Shown here: in pieces, positions 48,639 through 58,912 of the stretch | Numbering within the stretch: the stretch's first letter is position 1 | How the letters are laid out: every line of letters begins with the position of its first letter | DNA from: a virus | Lineage: Duplodnaviria > Caudoviricetes | Direction: 5' to 3' (one strand) | DNA: 64,000 nt | Virus record (IMG/VR): IMGVR_UViG_3300043105_000102 | Coordinates: 64,001-128,000 of that record | Position numbers and translations under genes: made by a program | The notes under the pieces: model-generated | What the model saw: the letters and a program-made list of their open reading frames with translations, nothing else | The model's database searches: none | What the model was told of the DNA's origin: nothing

Positions 48639-51374
48639 TTAATATAGATTTTCGACTGCCTTTGTCGCAGTAACTGACATAGTTCCATTATAAGCCAAAG
48701 AGAAGTTTATTCTTGATACGATATATTCTCCATTTATTCCACTATTATCATCACGAATAAAAATTCTTACATTAGGTTCAAGGTAATAAACTGGAATCGC
48801 AGTAATTGATACCGACTCGGCGCAATAAGCATAATTATATAGTAAGTTATCCAGTTCATCTTTGGCCGATTTCCCCTGAGTACTTATAGTAAACAGATTC
48901 TCAATTGAATCATTCAACTTGACAAAGGTATAACCCGGTTTCAGCTTCTTTTGGGCAGTAATATCTTCATCACTTGTATCAGGGTCTATAAAGATTACGT
49001 CAGGTGTCTCTCTAAAGTAAATAGCCTTTACATCAGAACTATTCTCTGCTTTTGGCCGCGGCCCTATTCTTGGTACAGAATATTGGGACAAGTCTCCTTC
49101 TGTATCCAAAAAGTCAAACCAAAAATTAAGATTTTCTGGAGACTCTTTTATGCTATTGCTCCAATGACTTTCTTTGTCATATGTTTCAGTTCGTGTATAA
49201 TAGTCTCTGTCTTTATCATAATTTATCGCAGTAGAGCCTTGTTGAATATAAAAATAATCCGAAGGAGATTCATTAAAGGCTTCTTGTGTAAGGTCTACCT
49301 TTGAGAAAGTTCCGTTAAGATTAAGTATAAAGTATTCTTTTTCCCCATCAAATTCTTCTGCTTGTTCATACCAATAGTAAGAAGAAGGATTTGCGTTATA
49401 CTTACTTCGCGTTACATAAGCAACGTCATAAGAATAGGTATCATATATATCGTATAGCTGTCTCCAAAAACCATTTAAGTCAGTATAATATTGTTCATAT
49501 CCGGTATAACCAGTAGGATAGAAGTCTATGTTATTGGCGGCAATGGTTGCGCAGAAATCATCATCGTGCATATGTTTGTTATAGTCTAAAGACATCTGAT
49601 AAATAATTTCACGCCAATCGCAAACAATCATTTTAGAAGCGTCCATTTTTTCCTTAACTTCATCGGTTATATCAGAATCAGGAATTTCGGGATTATAGAA
49701 ATAAGTTATATAACCATAATCTCTTTTCCAAGCCATCATTTGTGCGTAAGTATGGCCGCAAACTGTAGGTTCTTTAGTAGAGTCAAAGCCAACTTGCGGG
49801 TTATGTCCCAAGAAATACATTGTACCATCAGGCTTAACCGTAAACAAGAAAAGAGGTCTTTCTGCTTTCCAAGTACTAGCGCCATCAAAGAGTTTAGCTA
49901 AATCTAAATAAGTATATCCCGTCCAGTAAGTATATAAATATCCCAGAGGTACATTACCAGTTAAATATTCATAATAATTAGCCCAATCTTCAACTTCCCA
50001 CCAATTATCATCTAATCCTTCGGGAAGAACGGCTGTTCTAAAAGAATCTCTTGTCACTATATCTGTTCCATTAGTTTCTTCAAACTCTTTGGTAACATAA
50101 ATTTTTCCGTCATAAGCTCTATAGTAGCTAGGCTTTTTATCTATGGCATACCTTAAATGGACTGGCAATTCAGCCCCAGTAGTCGAAGTTCTTGTCCCCC
50201 AGATCGAAAAGTCATTGCGCAAACCCAATAAATTCGGGTTATTCTGAAAAGATGTAATTAAGTTGCCATCCTCAAAGGAATAGGCGCAAGAAGAAGTATA
50301 AGCTGCGTTCTCTGGATAAATTTCGTATTCACCATCGGTTGTTAAATTTGTCCATACCGAACTGACATATGTCTTTTTCCTTTGAAATACAAATTGGCCA
50401 TCAGTATTATAGAAGTACTCATATTCCCCAAGCATAGAAACAATTTTATCTAGCATGGCGGTCACAGACTCTCCAACATTACTAATTAAATCTCCAGCGT
50501 AAACCAAATCTGTAATTCTGTATCCTACAACATCTCCGGCCATAACTTTACATACAGTATATTCATTCCCGGAGTCATCAACAAATATAGTGGGGGCGGC
50601 GTACACTTCTCCATAATCTAAATCTATTCTTTGGTCATATTCCATCTTATCAGAATCAGTAATATCAATCTCTTGGCCATCTTTAGTAGTCATGGTGCCG
50701 CCAAAACGCATATTAGTAACTAAATCGGCGTTATTGTCAATTATTAAATACATGGGCGAAGTCCCTCTATATTCCAATAATTCCAGCCCAACATCATCTA
50801 AATCATTTACTATAATATTATGAAAAGGCTCTTTAGCATATTCATGAACGGCTTCCTTAATAATTTCTTTTAATAACAAATCTGATGTTGTCTGAGTACC
50901 GTCAGAAGCAATCTCTATTAAGTGGCCGAAGTCTACGGTCAAAGCAGTGATAACGCCACCTACGTCCCCATTCAACAGGCACATCTTATCCTTACCCTGA
51001 ATTGAAACAGTATAAGAATTAGTAGATTGACTAGTATTAAAAGAAGAAATAATATATATTCCAAAAGGAATCCAGATAATTTCAGGATATTCACTATTTA
51101 TCTTATTTTTCATTCCTATGTAGAACTTAAACTTTGTATTTAAGCCCCAGTAGTAATCATGAATGTTCAACTCTTGGGCGACAAGGGTTATAGAACAAGA
51201 ACGGCGAACGGCCGAGGTTCCATCAATGTTAATAGAACCCTGAGTCACTCTTCCTGAGATTTCTTCTATTGGATTTTCATCAAAGTCCATAGAAATAATT
51301 TTGGTAAAGATTTCTCTTTCGTTTTGAGAGTCCAATTCTTTTAAAAAATCTTTATCTAATAAAGGTTTTTTCAT
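48639..51374 (-). CDS. Baseplate hub / tail protein (DUF5048-like)
   Basis: GSINIDGTSAVRRSCS, QGKDKMCLLNG, EYFYNTDGQFVFQ, IPVYYLEPN...GEY.V..I. Confidence 0.65.
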   Translation of the reverse strand: MKKPLLDKDFLKELDSQNEREIFTKIISMDFDENPIEEISGRVTQGSINIDGTSAVRRSCSITLVAQELNIHDYYWGLNTKFKFYIGMKNKINSEYPEIIWIPFGIYIISSFNTSQSTNSYTVSIQGKDKMCLLNGDVGGVITALTVDFGHLIEIASDGTQTTSDLLLKEIIKEAVHEYAKEPFHNIIVNDLDDVGLELLEYRGTSPMYLIIDNNADLVTNMRFGGTMTTKDGQEIDITDSDKMEYDQRIDLDYGEVYAAPTIFVDDSGNEYTVCKVMAGDVVGYRITDLVYAGDLISNVGESVTAMLDKIVSMLGEYEYFYNTDGQFVFQRKKTYVSSVWTNLTTDGEYEIYPENAAYTSSCAYSFEDGNLITSFQNNPNLLGLRNDFSIWGTRTSTTGAELPVHLRYAIDKKPSYYRAYDGKIYVTKEFEETNGTDIVTRDSFRTAVLPEGLDDNWWEVEDWANYYEYLTGNVPLGYLYTYWTGYTYLDLAKLFDGASTWKAERPLFLFTVKPDGTMYFLGHNPQVGFDSTKEPTVCGHTYAQMMAWKRDYGYITYFYNPEIPDSDITDEVKEKMDASKMIVCDWREIIYQMSLDYNKHMHDDDFCATIAANNIDFYPTGYTGYEQYYTDLNGFWRQLYDIYDTYSYDVAYVTRSKYNANPSSYYWYEQAEEFDGEKEYFILNLNGTFSKVDLTQEAFNESPSDYFYIQQGSTAINYDKDRDYYTRTETYDKESHWSNSIKESPENLNFWFDFLDTEGDLSQYSVPRIGPRPKAENSSDVKAIYFRETPDVIFIDPDTSDEDITAQKKLKPGYTFVKLNDSIENLFTISTQGKSAKDELDNLLYNYAYCAESVSITAIPVYYLEPNVRIFIRDDNSGINGEYIVSRINFSLAYNGTMSVTATKAVENLY

Positions 51375-53974
51375 ATAACGCCAATCTCCTCTCTGTACTC
51401 AGCCGCTGCTGTTATTAAAGTACCAATATACTTAGAATAAAGCGTCTTAATGTCTTGCACTGCGGTTTCAAGATTTTCAACACCATTGGCTCTTTGCTTT
51501 AAATATTCTTCTAGTAAACTCAGATAATTACTCTTGGCCTCTGCGACATAATCTTTATCTTCGAAAGTATATTCAATAACTTGCTTATTATAACTAAGTT
51601 CTGTAATAACTCCTCTATAACCAATAATCTTACTTTCTTCTGTAATTTCCTCTGTATAATATTTCTCAATTTCATTTAAATTTATCTCTTGGCCATCAAT
51701 CTCAGCTTTATAAATATTTGTAGAATATTGAAAAAAATCACCAGTTAAACCGTCTATGGCATAATTGGTGTAGGGGGCATATGCTTCTTCTAAAGCATCA
51801 ATATAATATTGTTCATTTTGTACATCGGAATAGCTATAATCTTTTCTTCTAAGACGTATTCTATAAATTGCATAATCATCTAGCTTGGTTATATCAATAG
51901 GATTAGTGCAGTCCATATCGTAGTAATAGTTGTATTTATCGGCTTGAGACAAGGCAAAACTATCAGAATCTACAAAAATTACAATAGTATCTCTTTTAAA
52001 GAATCTTACAAAAACAGCATTAGAAATTCTTTCTCTAATATTTGTCATAAGAGTAAAGAAATCATAAATTTTAAGCTTGGTATCCCAATAGGAATTTCCA
52101 ATAAATTGCTGTAGCGGCACATCTTCTTCTTCAAAACTACGAATGGCGCCAAAAACACTATTAGTATAAGGTGTTGTGGTCTTATAACTATAAGTACAAA
52201 GGCCAGAGCTATATGGAGCTTCTATTTTAACATAGACATTTTCTATTGGCTCTGCGGTTTCATAATAATAGCTGCCGGTCGCCCCTATTAAAATAGTATT
52301 ATCTTCATCGGTATCCAACCTAATCTGTGTTCCCGGACGAGCATCCGTAAAGTACACAGAATAGGCTGGATATTTGTTAATCTTTATCCAATTTTTTTTT
52401 TCATCGCTGGCATCATAAGTGTAATCTGCTAAATCCACTGTAAGCCAACGAGTTTGTACTGTTAATTTTTCTTCTGGGTTAATAAACCCATAGCGCTCAA
52501 GATTATCAAAATTAAATTCGGCAATTTCATAAGCCGTACAAGTAAAGGTATGCAGCATTCTCCCCACTGTATCATTGGGTGACATGGAAACATTCATTAT
52601 ACGAACTATGAAATTTCCTTCTGTTGGAGACTTAAATATCTTTGCTTCTCCATTAGTCAACCAATCAAGAACTTCTGATTTAAAGAGTCTTTCGGCAATA
52701 ATATTCTCGCTTGTTAGGTTGACTCCTTCGGGATTACCAAGCTCTTCTTTGGACATAAACAATTCGCTCTCGTCCATATGATAAGAGATTAAGCCAGAAA
52801 TGGCGAACTCCTTATAGTTTACATTACCATTCCTTGAAATTATAGGATATTTACTTCCTATTGTCTCGGTCTTTGTTTCCAATAGGTCATTCTTAAAAGT
52901 GGAAACTTTAGGATTAAATCTTACCTTTAATTGGCGTTCCCCATCATAAAGAAAAACATCTTCAAAATCCGCAAAAACTTCATTTGAGACTATTCTATTG
53001 GAATAGACACCATTTATATTATATTGTTGAATAGAATATTTATATCTGACGCCTTGCTCAATAGTGCAATCCATAAGACTCCAAGTACTGGGTTTAGCCG
53101 ACTGCATATCAAAGCGACATAATTCTTCCCACAAATATTCATTGAAATTACTAGCTCTAGAAATTAAGAAAGTTCCAGTCATTGGGGAATCTGATTCATC
53201 TTCAAATCTTAAAGTTACATATCCGTTATCGTAATTCGATTTAGCTACCAACTTAGCGGTAATATCAGAATCAATTGAACGTCTTTGGGAAATACGATAA
53301 CGCCCTGAACTAACAACCATATTATTAGTAGTAGTTACCACAAAACAGATATAATAAATCTTATCTAATTCTAAGTCTTGGGAAAGTTGAAACTGCTCAT
53401 GGGATTCATAAGATAAATCATCAGAAGAAGTATTATGTAAAATATCTCCACTATCAGCTATTACATTGTTTTCTTCATCGTAGACATAAAAACGACTTGA
53501 ATACATTTTTTCAGTGGCGTCTTTCTTAACCTTTTGGCCTTGACCTATCACGGCATAACCATTTTGACTATAAACGCCAGTATAACTATAAATATGCGGA
53601 TTACGTTCTCCGGCTATTAAATTATCAATTTTAACAGTTGGACAAGTTGTGTATTTAATTACTCCTATTGTGGAGTAATATCCTACTGTATCAGACTTAT
53701 CTATATAAGCAATTTGAACCTTATAATATTGTCCAAGTACAAAATCCATATCAGAAACATCAAAAGTAACCTCAGATTCAGAGTATTCCGATGATTCTAT
53801 TAAACCTTTATATACTCCACTAACTGTTTTTACTTTCAAAGCAAAACTTTTTACTTCATTAATACCAACAGCTTTGTTCATAGAAAAGGGAACTACTATC
53901 TTAGCAGTTCCCTCCGAGTTCTTATAAAAGGCTGGAATTGTACCATTTATATTAGGAGGATACAATTTAGCCAT
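51371..53974 (-). CDS. Tail/baseplate protein (FN3-like + distal-tail-like domains)
   Basis: LYPP N-terminus; D.TIEQGVRYKY; ETIGSKYP..RNG..NYKEF.ISG; KIFKSPTEGN. Confidence 0.6.
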   Translation of the reverse strand: MAKLYPPNINGTIPAFYKNSEGTAKIVVPFSMNKAVGINEVKSFALKVKTVSGVYKGLIESSEYSESEVTFDVSDMDFVLGQYYKVQIAYIDKSDTVGYYSTIGVIKYTTCPTVKIDNLIAGERNPHIYSYTGVYSQNGYAVIGQGQKVKKDATEKMYSSRFYVYDEENNVIADSGDILHNTSSDDLSYESHEQFQLSQDLELDKIYYICFVVTTTNNMVVSSGRYRISQRRSIDSDITAKLVAKSNYDNGYVTLRFEDESDSPMTGTFLISRASNFNEYLWEELCRFDMQSAKPSTWSLMDCTIEQGVRYKYSIQQYNINGVYSNRIVSNEVFADFEDVFLYDGERQLKVRFNPKVSTFKNDLLETKTETIGSKYPIISRNGNVNYKEFAISGLISYHMDESELFMSKEELGNPEGVNLTSENIIAERLFKSEVLDWLTNGEAKIFKSPTEGNFIVRIMNVSMSPNDTVGRMLHTFTCTAYEIAEFNFDNLERYGFINPEEKLTVQTRWLTVDLADYTYDASDEKKNWIKINKYPAYSVYFTDARPGTQIRLDTDEDNTILIGATGSYYYETAEPIENVYVKIEAPYSSGLCTYSYKTTTPYTNSVFGAIRSFEEEDVPLQQFIGNSYWDTKLKIYDFFTLMTNIRERISNAVFVRFFKRDTIVIFVDSDSFALSQADKYNYYYDMDCTNPIDITKLDDYAIYRIRLRRKDYSYSDVQNEQYYIDALEEAYAPYTNYAIDGLTGDFFQYSTNIYKAEIDGQEINLNEIEKYYTEEITEESKIIGYRGVITELSYNKQVIEYTFEDKDYVAEAKSNYLSLLEEYLKQRANGVENLETAVQDIKTLYSKYIGTLITAAAEYREEIGVI

Positions 53975-53979
53975 TTTAA

Positions 53980-54366
53980 TTACTCCTCTTCTTCTTTAAT
54001 CATGAAGGAAATTGCATTAACTTGACTTGTAGAAAGGTCAATACTATCAAACCAATCCAACTCAAGCAGATTTACTTTTACCTCTTGCTCAAGCTCAAAC
54101 AAATCAGTAATTTCCTTATTGACTGTATCAATTACATCTTCGTCAAAATGATACTGCTGAGTCTCTTCATCCTTAGTACCATACTTATCAAAAATCTCAA
54201 GACGAGTCTTTTCAATATCCTGAGCAATATCGACAACTGTCTTAATATTTTTCTGTAAATAAAAGTTTATCTTAACAGGAAGATTCAAATCATCGCTAAA
54301 ACTCTCAAGAAGAGAATTTGCCGTATTATAAATCTCCATATTTTTCATTGTCTTTCTAATAATCAT
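53980..54366 (-). CDS. Hypothetical phage protein
   Basis: LPVKINFYLQKN...KYG; acidic helical protein typical of tail regions. Confidence 0.65.
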   Translation of the reverse strand: MIIRKTMKNMEIYNTANSLLESFSDDLNLPVKINFYLQKNIKTVVDIAQDIEKTRLEIFDKYGTKDEETQQYHFDEDVIDTVNKEITDLFELEQEVKVNLLELDWFDSIDLSTSQVNAISFMIKEEEE

Positions 54367-54384
54367 ATTCCTTTTTCTCCTTTT

Positions 54385-57300
54385 TTAATTTGTAGATGAT
54401 GATGTAAAAATCCCGTTAATAAAATGCAACGTTACCGTTCCATCAGTAGTTGGTATTTCTACATCTTTAGTGCCTCCATAAGACATTATTCCGCCAGAAC
54501 TTACCGCGTAGTTTCCAATAAAATAATAATTGCCATTAACGATTATACTACCATTCTTAAATGTAGCACCGCCATCACAAAGTAAACCATCAACAACGAG
54601 CATACCATTAATACCAAGGGACTTATAAGTATCACTATAGGTCATTTTCGTTTGTCCAAGAGAAATTACGCCACTACCAAAAGTAAGATTTCCATAACTC
54701 ATATTACCGGTTTCAGTGTTAATTTCAAAACCGCCAATTTTTCCAGCAGTAGCTGTTAATTTGCCTTCACTATTTACTTGAAATACTCCATTAGCGACGC
54801 TTAGACCATTAGTTCCTAGATAAATCCCACTTCCACCAAAATCTTTGTCCTTAGTGTACAGAGCACTACTACCAATAGTAAAACCGCCAATTTTTCCACC
54901 AGTAGCTGTCAGGTTATCACAAGTCACAGCTCCACTCCATGAAACTTTAAAATCATTACCGCCATCACTAGTATCTTGTATCCGTAAAGGAAACTCACTA
55001 GCACCGCTATTAATTAAAATAGACTTGTTCGTGTTACTACTATTAAAAGCCTTTATCATAAAATCATACGCAGTCAATTTACCTGTAGCTAAATCAAATC
55101 TTAATCCAGTACCAGCGCTTGCATCATAATCTGCTGACTGTAATAAGTAACTTGAAACTTCCTTACCACTACTATTTTCATATGTTCCAACTTCAAATAA
55201 AATTTTTCCTTTATGCCTTATCGTGAAATAAGGTTCACCAGATAAACTGGAAAGTCTTACATAACTATTATTTACGTTATTACCGCTACTATCTTTTTCC
55301 CAATCTTTTGTCCAAGAAGAACGCATATAAAGACGTCCTTTTGCAAGGTCGAGCAGAGTTCCAGAGGTTCCATCAGCCCAGTTCTGAGAACGTAATGCAA
55401 AAGCTGTCTTTGTAATATTTATTAAATCTACCGAAGCTTCTGTACTGCTATCTTCGTAATGAATTTTAAAATAAGGATTACCATTACTGTTTAATGAAAT
55501 ATAAGAACCCTTATGAGAATCACCTTCAGTACTGTTAGTTGCTTGAATAGAAAAATTATAAGCAGTTAATTTACCTGTAGCTAAATTAAAATTAACCCCT
55601 GAAGAACCACTTTCATAATCATCAGATTGCAAAAAATAACTATCTGAACCAACTTTAAACAATGGATTACCAGCTTTACTCTGTACTAAAAAGTAAATCT
55701 TATTTTCATCTTCGGTTCCATCTTCATTTGTACGTTTGCAAGGGTCTATTAAAATTCTTGCTTGTGTCGTAGTACCTTGTGTTGTAGTATATTTCTCACT
55801 TCTGGTATCAATAATACCATCATCTAAATCTATTTTCATGCCACCATCAGAGCCACTAGTTCCCCAAGCGCTACTTTTAATAACACCAGTATTACCATCT
55901 ATAAGAATTTGGCCTTTACCTGATTTCCCGAAGAAAGCAGTACCATCAACTTTTAGACCAAAACTTTGAACACCTTCATGATAACCATATAGTCCAATTT
56001 TCTTAACCGCAGAGTCACCACTCCCTGTAGCTACATCACCCATCAGAACGCCATGGAACCTATTTTGGTTATCTTTATAGCCAGCTCCTACCATCGTTGA
56101 TAAGATTGTACCATTTTTTTCATCTAAAGTCAAACTTCCATCCCAACTATTTATTGCGGAAGAAGCATAAGAATCTTGATAAATTCGAATAGGTTGCGTC
56201 CATACAAGGCTATCTCCAAGATAACCATTAACTGCAATTTGTACCCCGTTATCTTGCAGGAACATAGAAGGAACAGTCAGTGTTCCTCCTTCTGATACTT
56301 GTGGATAATAATTCGTGCTAGTTATTGCAACGCCATCTTCTGTTCCTTGAGTATCATCGCCATAGGCCATTTTCCAAGTAATATCAGAAACTTCTTTAGT
56401 CCTATTATTTTCAAAAGTATAAAGCTTATAAGAGTCTTGGTAGTATTGGGGGCTAGTGCCAGCGGTATTATACACAATTTTGGTCGCACCATCAAAAGCT
56501 GTATATGTATCATCTAACTTTACGGGTATGCACAAAAAGGCTGTCAGGTTAGTAGTCGTATCAGCAATGCCCGTATCAACTTCACTAATCATGCCTCGTA
56601 AGATGTAGAATTGACAATTTAAAAAATTTGTGGTATTATTTACCCATAAAGAGCAATCATTTCCGTTCTGTTCTTTCTCTATTCCGCCTTTCCCTTCACT
56701 ATACCAATCATAACTAAATCTATCACTTTCAAATTCATCTGTAATATCTTTCTTTTCATAATTATATATATGAGGAATAACTTTAACTTTATCTTTACTA
56801 CTAAAATTTAAGGCGTTTACTTTATCTTCAAACTCTAGAGTAAAAGTATAATTAGTTCCATTAGAACCACTAGGGCCAAAAGATAAAGTATAAGAAGCTT
56901 CATAAGTAATATTATTTTTAATTACTTGACAATATACTGTATTATTTATAGCGGTTTGACTATAATATTTCTTTATATGAAAATATTGTTCAGCATCTGT
57001 AGCTATTTCATCACCAGCACTACGATCTTCGCTTATACTAATACCTGTTCTTATAATATTTAAATAGCCGGAATCTATATACGCTTCATTACTATTATAA
57101 TCTTTACCTTCTACTAATTCAATCATAGTATTTTGTAAAGGAATTTTCCAAGTAATTTGTTCAGCAGTATCTAATCTATCATCACCAGTAATTAGAGAAC
57201 TATACTTAGCACTTAAAATCCTTTGCTTAGTATTTTCAGCAGAACTCATTATTTCTCCAGTATCACTATAAATGCAATAGATACCGTTATACCCATCTTC

Positions 57301-58788
57301 GTCACAAACTATAGATAAACCACGAATTAAATCTATTGTAGCTTGATTAGCTACTTCTCTTTCATTATCTAATTCAAGAATATCACTATAATAATAATTG
57401 ACTTGACCATAATATTCAGACAATATACTATTTATATTATTATAAAGTTCAATATCTTCTTCTTTTTCTGAGCCTTTTAGTTCTATAAGTTTATCTTGGG
57501 CTGCTTTAAGAATCTTACTATTAACTCCTAATAGACTAGCAAGTTCTTCATCATCTTCAATAGTACCTTCAATATATTCTCTTGAAGGATATTCAATAAT
57601 TACTTTTATTTTCTCATATTGTAATGAAATATCAGGGGAAAATTTTTCTATCTCAAATATATTTTCACTATTTGTATCTGTAATTTCTTGCCAAAAGGCG
57701 CCAGCTAATTCATCACTTATGTCCTCTTTTAATACATATCTATACCAATGAAGCTTTCCTTCTTTTGGCATATCAGTTATCGTATAAAAAGAAGAAGTAT
57801 CACTATCCTGATGAATCCATCTTACTTGTAAATGTTTATAGTTATTTTCTTCTAAAGCTTTAATACCTGTATCTTTACCTTCGCCGGTTAAAAAAGGCGC
57901 ATAGGTTTCAGAATCTAAAGTATACAATAAAACCCTATCTTCATCAAAATCATTCAAGTCATACCCTAAACTAATATAGACGTTAGCCGCAAAGATATTA
58001 GCAAATAATTCTTTCATATTATCTTCTATTCCTTCTGGATAGCTTGAAATAAGACCAGAATTATTTACAAAATCATTTTTTTGATAAAGAACTAGTGACA
58101 TTTGAGTAATTTGTGTAATATTTGAAATATCAAAAACCAATTCTTGACTATAATAAGTTTCAAAATTATAAGGGTCGCCATACATATCACTTGAATCTAA
58201 ATAATAAGAATATCTAATATATTCTGATTCAGTTTGAGAAGTTTGCGGTTCCTCACTAATAATATCTAAGCGTAATCCATAAGAACCAGATAAAAGATTA
58301 AAAGAAGATAATCTAGTTTTAAAATCGGCGCGAAGCCCTAATCTATCGTACCCTTTGGCGTTAGAAATATCATTTTTACTCCAAATAACTTTTTCTTTAG
58401 AGTCATTGGCTATAAGCCATTGTTCCTTTAAAGAATCCGTTATCAAATTTTTAGTAATATCTACATAGCTATCCATAGGGGGAGTGTAGGTATAGTATTC
58501 GGTATTATCTTGAGTATACTTCCCTATAATTATCTTCTGATTGTTATAATCGCCGCCCGGTATTGTTACATACACATGGGTTCCAGAATTATAGCTTGTA
58601 TTTTCGGAATAAGCTCTAAAGGTTATGCTTCCATCATCGACTACATACTCGCCCTTTTCCTTATTGGAATCATCGGTTATTTCACAAACAATGGTTTTAT
58701 CAAAAGAAACTTTTTGGACTTCTTTTTCTGCTACTATTTGGATAGCGCCCAAAATATCTTCCATTACTTGGTTATAATCTTTGGCCAT
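54385..58788 (-). CDS. Large tail/baseplate spike-like protein (1467 aa)
   Basis: N-terminal FDKT...OB-like segment; repeated YFLQS.DY...G..F.LATGKLTAY.F; ATGGKIGGF repeats; F.NGI C-terminus. Confidence 0.65.
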   Translation of the reverse strand: MAKDYNQVMEDILGAIQIVAEKEVQKVSFDKTIVCEITDDSNKEKGEYVVDDGSITFRAYSENTSYNSGTHVYVTIPGGDYNNQKIIIGKYTQDNTEYYTYTPPMDSYVDITKNLITDSLKEQWLIANDSKEKVIWSKNDISNAKGYDRLGLRADFKTRLSSFNLLSGSYGLRLDIISEEPQTSQTESEYIRYSYYLDSSDMYGDPYNFETYYSQELVFDISNITQITQMSLVLYQKNDFVNNSGLISSYPEGIEDNMKELFANIFAANVYISLGYDLNDFDEDRVLLYTLDSETYAPFLTGEGKDTGIKALEENNYKHLQVRWIHQDSDTSSFYTITDMPKEGKLHWYRYVLKEDISDELAGAFWQEITDTNSENIFEIEKFSPDISLQYEKIKVIIEYPSREYIEGTIEDDEELASLLGVNSKILKAAQDKLIELKGSEKEEDIELYNNINSILSEYYGQVNYYYSDILELDNEREVANQATIDLIRGLSIVCDEDGYNGIYCIYSDTGEIMSSAENTKQRILSAKYSSLITGDDRLDTAEQITWKIPLQNTMIELVEGKDYNSNEAYIDSGYLNIIRTGISISEDRSAGDEIATDAEQYFHIKKYYSQTAINNTVYCQVIKNNITYEASYTLSFGPSGSNGTNYTFTLEFEDKVNALNFSSKDKVKVIPHIYNYEKKDITDEFESDRFSYDWYSEGKGGIEKEQNGNDCSLWVNNTTNFLNCQFYILRGMISEVDTGIADTTTNLTAFLCIPVKLDDTYTAFDGATKIVYNTAGTSPQYYQDSYKLYTFENNRTKEVSDITWKMAYGDDTQGTEDGVAITSTNYYPQVSEGGTLTVPSMFLQDNGVQIAVNGYLGDSLVWTQPIRIYQDSYASSAINSWDGSLTLDEKNGTILSTMVGAGYKDNQNRFHGVLMGDVATGSGDSAVKKIGLYGYHEGVQSFGLKVDGTAFFGKSGKGQILIDGNTGVIKSSAWGTSGSDGGMKIDLDDGIIDTRSEKYTTTQGTTTQARILIDPCKRTNEDGTEDENKIYFLVQSKAGNPLFKVGSDSYFLQSDDYESGSSGVNFNLATGKLTAYNFSIQATNSTEGDSHKGSYISLNSNGNPYFKIHYEDSSTEASVDLINITKTAFALRSQNWADGTSGTLLDLAKGRLYMRSSWTKDWEKDSSGNNVNNSYVRLSSLSGEPYFTIRHKGKILFEVGTYENSSGKEVSSYLLQSADYDASAGTGLRFDLATGKLTAYDFMIKAFNSSNTNKSILINSGASEFPLRIQDTSDGGNDFKVSWSGAVTCDNLTATGGKIGGFTIGSSALYTKDKDFGGSGIYLGTNGLSVANGVFQVNSEGKLTATAGKIGGFEINTETGNMSYGNLTFGSGVISLGQTKMTYSDTYKSLGINGMLVVDGLLCDGGATFKNGSIIVNGNYYFIGNYAVSSGGIMSYGGTKDVEIPTTDGTVTLHFINGIFTSSSTN

Positions 58789-58876
58789 ATAGAAACCTCC
58801 TTTTTCTCACTAATCTCTATAAGAAACTAAAAATTCCTAGAAATATTTTACCACTAATTGTCCAAAAAGTCAAGAA

Positions 58877-58903
58877 AAGGGATGGATAAAAAATCCATCC
58901 CTT
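58877..58903 (-). terminator. Terminator after the tape-measure gene
   Basis: AAGGGATGGAT/ATCCATCCCTT hairpin followed by T residues on the - strand. Confidence 0.7.
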
Positions 58904-58912
58904 AAAATTTTT

